From: an uncultured Verrucomicrobiota bacterium
Lineage (GTDB): Bacteria > Verrucomicrobiota > Kiritimatiellia > RFP12 > UBA1067
DNA length: 64,000 nucleotides
Direction: 5' to 3'
Assembly (NCBI GenBank): GCA_945834475.1
Contig: CAMAHK010000001.1
Coordinates: 18,175-82,174 of the forward strand
This document shows, piece after piece, positions 1 through 12,000 of this stretch (the first letter of the stretch is position 1; each line of letters opens with the position of its first letter). A model generated the notes under the pieces. That model worked only from the letters and a program-made list of their open reading frames with translations, made no database searches and was not told the origin of the DNA. The translations under genes and the position numbers were made by a program.

Positions 1-3000
1 AACGCGCTGACGGAAGGCGCGGCCGACACGTCGTTCACGCCGATGCCGCTTGAGATCACGGTTGACAACGTGCCGGCGAAGGTCGCCGAGGCGTATGTCG
101 GCGACAGCTGGGACGAGGCGAAGGACGATCCGGCGTGGAACACCGCGGCGCCGATCGAGATTCCGTGCGGCGTGACGGTGCCGCTCTACCTCGTGCTGGA
201 AGATCCGAGCGCGGAAGACTTCAAGTCGAACGTCGTCACGGTCATCCGCTGGACGACGGACGACGCCAAGAAGCAGTGGACGAAGTCGCCGATCATCACG
301 AACCTGACGGAGCAGGTCGCGGAGCTCCGCTTCACCGAGTCGATGTTCCCGAACCCGAACCGCGAGCACAACGTCCAGATCATCACGGTTGACAAGGACG
401 AGATGGCGGCGCTCGCGTCGCCGATCACCGAGGCCGAGTGGAAGAGCGGCCTCTTCCGCCTCAAGCTCAAGAATCCGCAGACGTTCAACTTCCGTCTGAA
501 GGTCCTGACGAAGCCGCACATCAGCGTCGAGCAGGTGGGCTTCAAGACGGGCAAGTACGGTCCGCTCATGGACGAGACGGGCAACGACGGCCAGACGGGT
601 CTCAAGATCGCGATCGACGAACCGGCCGACCGTGACCTCGTCGTGCGCGTCATGCTGAAGCCGAGCGCCGAGGCGAACCGCGGCGTCCTCGAGTTCGCGA
701 CGCCGACGTTCACGAACGCCGACCACAGCGTCTACACCGACATCATCATCCCGAACGGCACGATGACGCCGGCGGAATCGGCGACCTACAAGTCGACGAC
801 GGGTCTCCTCTTCAACTACAAGACGATCGACGGCACGGACATCAGCTACAACGACGGCTGGGAGATCAGCGCCACGATCACGAACGAGATCCAGAAGGCC
901 GGGCAGGAGGCGGGCAAGCCGTACTTCTCCGACTACTCGGGCCAGTGGGTCTACGTGCAGAACCTGCCGCCGGTCGTCTTCCCCGAAGAGCCGACGGTGC
1001 TGACGACGAACCGCACGCAGTCGATCGGCGTGCCGTTCACCGTCGAATGGTGGGCGACTGACGTCAAGAGCGATCTCGAGTACGTTTGGGCAAACGGCAA
1101 GAAGGGCCTGATCGCCGAGTGGTACATGGGCGAAGACGGCGACATGTCGATGCCGTCGATGGCGACGAACGTGACGAAGTCGGGCGAGCACATCAAGACG
1201 ACGGTCACGCTCGCGAACGAAGGTCTCACGACCCTGCGTCTCGTCGTCCGCGACAAGGACGGCTCGGGCGAAGTCGGCACGGTCGGCGAGCGTCGCTGGC
1301 TCTTCTACATCTCGCCGTCGAAGAAGCTGATCGCCACGCCGGCCGGTCCCGGCAACGCGCGCACGAAGTACAAGACGTATCGCGGCCTCGGCGAAGGCCG
1401 CGTGTGGGCGGACGGCGGCAATGTGTCGGTGACGGGCTTCGCGCAGAAGTGGAGCTACAGCATCAAGACGGCTCAGGGCCGCGTCTATGCGTACGGCTAT
1501 CCGCATGCGTCGGCGCCTTACGCCGATAACGGGTCGCTCCAGCCGCATGACGTCGCGCTCAATGAGAACGGCGACAGCTGGACGTCGGGTGCCTACTATC
1601 ACTACGGCCAGGAGATGTCGGGCTATCTCTACGATAACTACTTCTACTGCTGGGCCTTCGTCATTCCGAGCGACCAAGGCGGGGCGCCGACGGTCGAACT
1701 GGACATCGTCAACCCCGACATGAAGCCGGTTGCGAACGCGAACACGGGGGTTGTCCTCGCCGAGTACGAGGAGAACAAGGAAGACTACCTCGAAAGCGAA
1801 GTCGAAGCGGTCTTCGCGCGCGAACTCTACACGCACGACAACATGGGCGACATCAACGCCGACCGCGTGCCGGACCTCTATCTGCGCACGTATCCGGGTC
1901 TGGGTATCGTCGACGAAGACGGCAACCGCACGGGTGACGAGCGCACGAGCGTGGCGGGCGGCAATCCCGACGGCGACATGCTTCCGGGCGATCTCAGTTC
2001 GCCGATGGGCAATTTCATTCCGGGTCTTTCCAACAACTGGACGCGTGCGTTCCAGACGGTCACCGAAATCCGCGGCGTCGGCGAGGCGTTCAACAATGGT
2101 CCCTCGATCCGCGGGCCGAAGGGCGTTGTCTGCGACATCCGCTACACCGATCCGCAGGTCGACACGAACTCGACGCTGACGGCACTTGAATACATCGCCT
2201 TCACGAACTTCTGCGGCCGCACGGCGGTTGACGAGGACGACTATGTCGCGAAGACGAATGTGGCGGGCTGGGCGGCCTGGTCGCCGGAGAACCCGACGGA
2301 TCCGACGATGGACGACAGCGACGAGGACGGTCTTCCCGACGGCTACGAATACTACTACTGGTACCGCGCACATGTCGGCATGATCAAATACAATGCCGAC
2401 GGCACGCCCGATCCGGCGAGCTACACGCGCCTGACGGGTCGCAAGTATGTTCCGGCGGATCCGTGCAATCCCGAGATCATCACGCCCGAGGCGATCGAGC
2501 AGATCTGCAACCCGAACGTGCCGCTCGCGGGCTTCCGCGTTGATCAGGATACGGATAACGACGGCATTCCCGATCTTGACGAACTTGTCGCGGGCACAAA
2601 TCCGTTCGACTACGATACCGACGGCGACGGACTGCCCGACGGCTACGAACTCGCGATCTCGAAGACGAATCCGCTCGTCGCCGACCGCGGCTCGAACGTT
2701 GACGGCGATCAGATGGCGCTCATCACGCTCGAGAACGTCATTCCGGTCACGTGCGTCTATAAGGAAGACGATAACACGGTCACGAACATGCTGTGGTCGC
2801 TCGAGGGCGTCGATGTCGCGGAGAATGAAGATGACGACACGATCACGAACCTGACGACGAAGACCTCGCTCTTCACGGCCTATACCTACGACATCGACAA
2901 CGAGGGCAAGCCGGTTTGGGTGCTGGGTCGTCTTGTTCTGGACGCGAAGGACGCGAAGTACGACGACAAGATCAAGGAGTACAACGTCATTCATGTCGGC

Positions 3001-6000
3001 GAAGGCCGGTCGATGCGCGCGATCCACTTCCAGGTCTTTGCGATCAAGGGCTTCGATCCGCGCGTGGCGTGGAACACCGAAGCGGCCGTCATGGTGCCGA
3101 TCGCGCACCGCGTCGACACGACTGGGTTCACGGCCTATGACGAGTTCATGACGATGACGTTCTTCCTGAACGTCGGGGCGATCGAAGAGGCCGATGTCAC
3201 GCCGAAGCCGAATCGCACGCTCGTCAACATCTGGACGGACTGCACGCCCAATCCGCTCAACGCCGATACCGACGGCGATGGCGTGCCGGATGGTTGGGAA
3301 CTCTATGTGATGGGTCAGGGCGGTTTCGTGTGCAACAACCCGATGCCGCCGGCGGGCAACAGTCACGACAACCATTCGCCGATGATCAACTGGACGGGTC
3401 ATGACGACGTGATCGGCGGCCTCAACTACGTCGAGGAGTTCTGCGGCATCGAGAGCTGCGCGCGCTACGAAAACTGCGAGACGATCGTCAACGTCCAGCC
3501 CGAGTGGAAGAACAAGTACTGGCCGACGAATCCGTTCAATAAAGATACCGACGGCGACGGTGTCACCGACTCGGGTGAAAAGACGTTCATCTACGGCGAC
3601 GCGCCGGCCTCGACGGTCTACTCGGGTGCGATCCCGGGCGGCGGCCTCAACCCGAATTCCTGGGATACCGATCTTGACGGCCTGCCCGACGGCTGGGAAC
3701 TTCAGTTCGCCTGCTCGATCCTAGTGAGCTCGACGACGACGACCGTCGAGACGCACTCCGACACGAACGGCACGTCGACGGTCACGAATACGGTGACGAC
3801 GGCGGGCGGTCCGCAGGCGGACGGCATGGACGGCACGGTCAAGGACCAGATGAAGGACTACGACCACGACGGCCTCAACAACTGGCAGGAATACATGGTC
3901 GGCGCGATGCGCTGCTGGCGTTACGACGACGTGACGACGCCGTGGACGTCGACGATGCTGACGGTCGCGGATCTTGAGGCGATGTCGGGCGAAGACTTCT
4001 ACCAGATGCTCATCGACCCGTGGGTCGATCTCGACGATCCGGAGGCGACGCCGCTCACGTACGCGAAGTACAATCCGTTCCTCGGCACGGGCGTCGTGAG
4101 CCCCTACGTCTACTTCAGCTGCTGCAACAACGCGTTCGATCTCGCGGCGGGTCGTCTCTACATGTTCAAGGACGGCATCTACCACGACCTCACGAACGAC
4201 AAGCGCGACGGCGAGAACCGCTGGTCGGCGAAGATCATGAAGTTCCGTCCGACGGGCATGGGCTTCATGACACACGACACGCTGGGCCGTCCGGCGGCGC
4301 CGCGCAAGTACATCTCGTGCGACCCGACGAACGCGGATACCGACGGCGACGGCATGGACGACTACTACGAGCTCTACCACGGCATCAACCCGCTGCTGGG
4401 CCGTGCCAACGGCAAGGGCGACTCGGGGCTCGTGGACGTGGTCGCGCGCGCCTACTACGACAAGGACGAGCTGCCGTTCCCGGTGAACGCGACGGACAAC
4501 TTCTGGTTCAACGCGGTCGCGGTCAACACCGGCACGACGTCCGCCGAGGCCCAGCTCAAGGACGAGGACCAGTCGATGTACGACTTCGTCCAGTTCCCGT
4601 GGCTGAACGGCCTGCCCGAGGCCGATCCCGACGGCGACAACATCCGCAACGCGCAGGAGTCGATCCTGCCGATCGCGCAGGCGGCCGCGACGTATCAGCA
4701 CATCGACCCGTCGCCGCTGTGGATGACCGACACGAGCTACACGAACTCGCTCGTCTCGCGGTTCTACTATCCGACGCTGGCCATCTCGAGCTTCAATCAC
4801 AGCGGCTCGTTCATGCACACGGATGCCGACGGCAACACGACGACATACAACTTCAGCGAGATCCCGGGCTTCAAGTTCGAGGAAGGCCTGGTCACGGTCA
4901 CGGCGAGCCGGAATCCGTTCAAGACGTTCGGTACGGCGTTTGCCTACGAGGAGAACGAAGGTTACGATACCGACCACGACTACCTGAGCGATTTCGAGGA
5001 ATCGCAGGGTAAGACGAAGAGTGCGTCGGATCCGCAGATGAGCGACGATCCAATCCGCCATCAGGCGATGTACTTCAACGGCGAGGACGCCTTCCTCCAG
5101 ACGCAGCTTCCGGAGGAGTGGATCCTGCCGAACGAAGAATCGGTTGCGGAGTTCCGTCAGAACTTCCTCTACTTCACGGTCGAAGCGTGGGTGAAGGCGG
5201 ATGCGTCGCTCGTTGGCGAGGCTGCCAAGCCCGGCCTCTTCACGGTCATCGAGCGTCCGATCTGGACGGGCGCGTCGAACGCGGGTGACGAAAGCTTCCT
5301 GCGCAAGAACTTCCTCATCGGCATCAAGAACGGCCGTTGGTACGCGAAGTTCGACTCGACGGGCACGGATCTCAACCAGCCGATCGAGATCAAGGAAGGT
5401 CCCGAGGCCACGGCGGCGTGGACGCATGTCGCGGCGACATTCGGTCCTGCGGACGAAGCCGACACGGAAGGCACGGGTCCGATGGCCCTCAAGCTTTACG
5501 TCGACGGCATTCTGCGCAAGTCGCTCCGTAGCGGCGTTCAGCCCGAACATGGCGTGCAGGCGTTCAACCTGACGCCGAAGTCGAAGATCGTGACGGTCTA
5601 CGAGTGGGAGGAGAACCCGCTCGCGCGTCCGATGGTCTCCATGATCGTCGGTGCGTCGGCGAAGACCATGCGCGGCATCGTGTTCGACCAGAACTGGGGT
5701 TCGGTCGACACGCCCGACATGACGACGGTCGCCGACTACGCGAACTTCTTCAAGGGCCACGTCGACGAAGTCCGCATCTGGGACGGTGCGCGCAGCGCGG
5801 CGGCGATCAAGGCCGACGTCGAGCAGAAGACGCGCTATACGACGGCGCTTGCGCTTGAGAATCGTCGGGCGGTTTACGCGAAGTGGAGCCAGGACATTAC
5901 GCGCATGCCGAATGCTAGCGGCGAGATGCTCCCGCCAGAGCTGATGTATCACTTCTCGTTCGATCATATCCCGGGCGCGGTCGAGGCCAAGGACGTCCTC

Positions 6001-9000
6001 AAGACGCCGGCGGGCTTCACGACGACGAAGGGTGCGGTCGATGCGAAGGCCAAGTGGTCGCGTCCTGACGGCTGGGTCTGCCCGTGGTGGGACAGCGTGA
6101 CGAACACGCTCCGCTCCTCGGTCTACACCGACACGGCGTGGGTGCCGTGGATCGGCAACACGGTCGGCCACCTGCCGATGTTCGACGGCGAGACGCTCGA
6201 TTCGGTGCTCTGGCACAAGGAATTCTACGGCTTCACACCGGGCAGCTTCGTGTTCCCGCTTTCGTCCGAGCCGATCAGCCGTATGATCCAGCAGCACTAT
6301 CTCGTCGAGAACAAGGGTGACCCGGAGACGCAGACGACGAGCTATGACCGTATCGCCGAAAGCGAGGACGAGGTCGAGCGCTTCCGCTTCACCTACCGCA
6401 ACCGTGTGACGGCGGGTTCCGACCTCCTGCCGTTCGGTGGCGCGTTCCCGAAGCGTCTTTCGTCCGCCGAGGGCCTGTGGGATGCTCCGGGCGTCGCCTC
6501 CGACGCGTGGGCCGAGACGGGCGTTGACGCCGACAATAACGGCCTGCCTGAGTGGTGGGAAGAGTACGCGCTCGTCGAATACGCCGACACGACGTCCGTC
6601 GACTGGGATACGATCGTGGAACGCAACGGCCAGCAGATGCCGGCGTGGCAGGCCTACCTGCGCGACCTCGCGGCGGGTATGCTCCCTGATGGCGTCATCC
6701 ATCCGGAATACGCTGACACGCGCGACATGGACAAGGACGGTCTCCCCGACTGGTGGGAGGACATGTACGGCATCAACACGCATTCGGCATCCGACGCCGA
6801 CGCCGACCCAGATCATGACGGCCTTTCGAACTACCAGGAGTACGTCCTGAGCGAGCTCTATCCGAAGAAGTACGATCTGGCCTCGTATGGCATCGCGCCG
6901 ATCCTCCTCGATCCGACGCGCGACCGTTCGGGACTCTACCAGCAGGTGACGGACTACTACCTCTCGTACACGAATACGCCGGTCGTTGTAAAGAACGCGG
7001 CGGGTGCGACGGTCTTCGAAGGCAATAACTACTTCGGCGAAATCGTCACCGACCATGACTTCATGGAAGACTGGTGGGAAATCGCCATGGGTTCGTCGTA
7101 TGCGAACGCGAAGAAGTACGATCCGCTCGCCGACCGCGACGAGGACGGTTGGTCGAACTGGGCCGAGTGCCGTGCGGCACTCTGGGGCGGTTACTTCAGC
7201 GCGAATCTCATCGACAAGTGGACGGGTTCGCAGAGCGATCAGCACGTGACGTGCTATCCCGAGCCGATCATCGGCGTGCGTGTGACGTATCATGGCGTCC
7301 GCGACATTAGCGGTCAGACGCTGATCGTCAAGACGACATCGGGTCAGACGGCCCGGACGGATGCGACGTTTATGATCCCGTCCGAGTTGGATGGCCAGGT
7401 TCGCTATATCGGCGGATTCAATGCCGACAACCTTCTCCATGGCCACATGAGCCCGGGCTGCCTTAATGTCAACTCGATCATGTTCGAGTGCGCCCGGACA
7501 AGTTCAGATCATAGCTATACGTGGAACTGCGATTGGTATATCGAGAACGAGGGTGGAGAGCCGAATGGATGGGGGATTGGACGCACCCATAACGGCAGCT
7601 TCGAGACATACCGGAGTGAGTTCGCCCTGTGGCCGAAGATTGAGCTGGAAGGCGGCGACTTGACTTGGGAGACAATGGCGCAGACCGTGCCGAGCACCGA
7701 CTTGAATTCGGCGACACTGATCGCGGACGGAAACACGATTGGTTCTGTCAACACCGTAACCGGCGAATACGAGATCGACTTCTCGAAATTCACGAAGGCG
7801 GGCGGTGCGAAGGAATATGTCTATCGCGTAACGTATACGAGCCGTGTCGGCCACGAGTGGCCGCAGACGGTCTATGTCAGCGACACGCGCGAATTGGCCA
7901 GCGGCAATGGCGAGACGGCGAAGAACAGTTACGGTCGCGTTCGTGAAGGCCGCAACACGATTGAGGCGTTCATGGATCTGAACCAGAACGGTGTTCTTGA
8001 TGCAGGCGAACCCTATGGTTCGATTCGCAATGTGCAGATCGGCTGGCACAAGGTGCCGACCGTGATCATCGAACTCAAGGACGCGTCCCCGATCATGGGT
8101 CAGGTTCAGCTGGCCGCCGCTACCGGAGAGGGGCTCACCGAGCTCACGAAGACCGTGCGGATCGTGCGTGAGTTGATCAACGACCAGCCGGCACCGCGCA
8201 CGCTCGTCACGAAGACGCTCGTGATGGACGACCGTCCGTATCTGACGGAAGTCGATGCCTGCACGGTGACGCGTCCGGATCTCGACTGGGTGTGGCTCAC
8301 GAAGGATGCGGAACGCGATGGCATCCAGACCATTAATCGCGCGACGTATGCGGTCTACGAATACGACCAGAATATGGCGACGAACGGTGCGTTGCTCGCG
8401 ACGTTCATCAAGGAGTTCCCAGAGGTGCGTCCCATGGCGACGGCCGTAGCGCCGAAGGATGTGGCGCCGGTCTACAGTTGCTCGCCGACGTTCGCGTTCA
8501 CGACGAGCGACGAGAAGGCGACGGCTTATCGTCTGCAGGTGCGTTTGGACGGCGCAACAGCCCCGATCTACGATTCGGGCATTCAGCTGCTGCCAGGACG
8601 CCTCGGCCAGACGGTTGGCGTCGCGGCCTATGAGGTTACGCCGGCAATCTACGCCGATGCGCCGGTTTACGCCGGCACGACGACCGATCACGCGATCTTC
8701 GCGGACGGCACGAACTACCAGTGGCGCGTCGCCCTTTACGATGCGAAGTACAAGTCGACGAAGGACGATAGCGACGTCTCGGGCGAATGGAGTACCTGGG
8801 CGACGTTCCAAATGGATCTTGTGAACAAGAATCGCTACCCCGGCATCCCGACGGGTTACGGTGCGACATCCGTGGCCGTCCGCTACTTTGGCTCTGCGGA
8901 CTGCGATTCCAAGCGGATTGTGGTCGAGGCGTACGAGAATGCGGACTTCCGCGGCCAGGCGCTCGCGCAGATTCGCCTTTCCGACGCGACGACGCTTCGT

Positions 9001-12000
9001 GATGCGAACGATCTGACGACCTACAATGCGGTTCTGCGTGGCATCAAGCCCGGCACGGTCTATTTCCGCGCGTTCTACGACCAGAACAACAATGGCGTGC
9101 GCGACAACTGGGAAAGCTGGGGTTACGCCAATAACGTCGGCAAGAATGTCACGGCCATCTACAATCCGGTGGGTCGCGAGATTACGACCTCGACGGCCGA
9201 CTGGGTGACGCAGAAGTCGGCGGCCGTGACAATCTTCATGGAAGACTGTGACGTCAACCAGAACGAGATTCCGGATTGCGCCGAGGAGGCGCTCTTCCTG
9301 GCCGAGGTGTCGGCTGAGACCGATCCTGTCGATTGGTGGGACTGGGCTGAGGCGAATCCGACTGACGTCAACGGCGACGAGGCGATGGCTTATGCTGAAG
9401 TGACGATGTGGAAGGTGAAGCTCGTCGACGAGAACGGCGTCGAGAACACCTATTTGACCGATGGCCAAGGCAAGCTTGTTGAAGGCGTGTCGGCGGCGGG
9501 TCTCAACTTCTGGTCGTACTACGATTACTCGCTCACGTTGCTGGGTCTCGGCACGAATGTGACGACGAATGTGACGGCGAAGTGCACGATCGCGGGTCGT
9601 CCCGAGGAGAAGAAGGTCGCGCTGGTCCACGCCCAGGTGCTGGAGAAGTACGGGTTCTGTCCCGACACGGCGATTCCGGGCGGTCAGACGAACACCAAGC
9701 CGTTCACGGCAATGGATAAGTACCTCGTCCTCCGCTACCTCGAGCGCACGGGTCGCATTACGCTGCCCGCGTCGACGCAGGCCGAGCTCGCGAAGAAGGG
9801 CTTGACGTTCGAAGAGTATGTCTACCGTTCGGGTGACGAGTCGCTCTACAAGATGTACACGCTCAATCCGGCGGAGACCGACAATGACCACGACGGCATT
9901 GACGATGGCTGGGAGCTTTACATCGACGGCAATCCGCTGAGCGACGCGAACCGCGATGAGGATGAGGATGGCGACGGACTCCCGCTCTGGCAGGAATACG
10001 ATCACGACCCTGTGAAGGGCACGTATCGTCCGACCAATCCTTCGGCCATCGACACGGATGCCGACGGTGTGACGGACAAGTACGCCTACATGTATCACCT
10101 CAAGGCGGATGACGCCGGCAAGGACTTCGACGGCGACGGGCTTTCCAACTATGCGGAATACCTGATCACCGAGGTCTTCAAGTACGCGGTATGCAATCCG
10201 GATGTCTACGCGACGAACGACGGCGTCTGCGACTACTTCCGCAAGGTCGGCGATGTCTACCTCGGCGAGATCTTCACGGATCACGACCAGGTGGACGATG
10301 TCTGGGAGTCGCAGTACAAGGTCGACTACGCCAATCGTTACGTCTACGATCCGACAAAGGATGCGGATAACGACGGCTGGTCGAACTGGGCCGAGTACAA
10401 GGCGGGTACGGATCCGGAGCGCGTCAACACGCTGTCAATCGGCACGTACACGCTGCCGGAGTATCCGGTCCCGGCGATCGAGGCGAACGTGATCTACAAT
10501 GGCGCGTCCGTTGGTCTCCATCCGATTGTGTTCAAGGCCTGGAACGAGTCGACCGACTTCGACATGGTGAAGGCCCCTGACGCGATCTGGACGCTCGGTA
10601 CGGCCGTGTCGTCCACGGACGGGGATTCGTCTAGTGATTCGGCGGCCTCGTCGCTGACGCTCACGCAGCGTGAGAAGTTCCTTGGCCGCAAGCCGACGGG
10701 CACACGCACGTACCACCTGCCGGGTGGCGCGATTAGCGAGGGTTCCATCAAGCTCCTGTTCATGGACAAGGGCTACGGCGTCGTCCGCTGGGATCCGCTG
10801 ACGCAGATGCTGTACGCGGTCGCCAACGGTGAACCGGACAAGGCGAAGTGGTATTACGGTATCTACGACAAGGACGGCAAGCTTGTGCGTATCGGTAATG
10901 CCTTCGATGAAAAGGAGACGACAGTTGGTACGGTCGACTATGCGACGGGCGAGATCACGATCGACTTCGACCACGAGGAGAACTCGGGCAAGTGGGCGTG
11001 CAATCCCGGCGATGCCGTCAGTGGTGGCGATAATAACAATAACAACACCGACAACGAGACACAGGCGAACATCTACGAGTATGTCGACTTCGACAATGCC
11101 TATGTCCGCATCACGTGGGCGTCGGCGAAGGTCAACGAGTCGATCTCGGGTGCGTACTACCTGACGGATTCCGATCCGATCAGCGAGACGGCGAAGAGCT
11201 ACGGCCATATCCGCGAAGGCAAGAACACCTTCATCTGCTTCGTCGATGACGATGAGAACGGTGAGTACACGCCGGGCGAGCTCTTCGGCGTCGTCCGCGG
11301 CGTCAACGTCGGCTGGGCGGGCGTCAAGTTCGATGTTGAGCTGACGGAGACGCATCCGATCTTCGGCCGCGTCGATCTCTCGGGCCAGAACGATCGCCAG
11401 ATCTGGTATGGTTCTGACAGCGGCAACTTCACGAATCTTGTCTACGGCGTTCCCGGAACAGAGGATTCGTTGCCCGTTGATTCGTCGCTCAGCGGCGGTC
11501 GCAAGCAGCGAGTCCGTGTCGATCGCTATGCCGTGAATGGCATGACCTTGGGCACCACGATCACGCAGGTGAATGTTCCCAATCGCGTGATTGTCGACAA
11601 GTGGTTCGACGTTGACGCGCGCCGTTATCTCCATGAGGGCGACTTTATGGAGGCAGGTGAATTCGACATTGACTGGACGCATTTCGAGGAAGACATCCTC
11701 AACAGTCGCGTCATTGATCAGAAGTTTGGCGGCGAAGTCATTTCGATGACGTACCGCATTGTCGTCGACAATGCCGACTTCGTCCACCCCGTGGTGTCGA
11801 ACCGTGTCCTGAACGTGGCCTTCACCCGTCACTTCGACAGCACCGACTCGCGGACCAAGCCGAGCGACCTCCAGCCTATCCTCGCCCATGGCGCGCGTCC
11901 GGTGTTCAAGTGGTCGATGAACGGGCACAATTCGTACACCGCGTTCAAGTTGCGGATCCTCTCGGGCAGCCAGGTTGTCTATGAGAGCCCGATGACGACG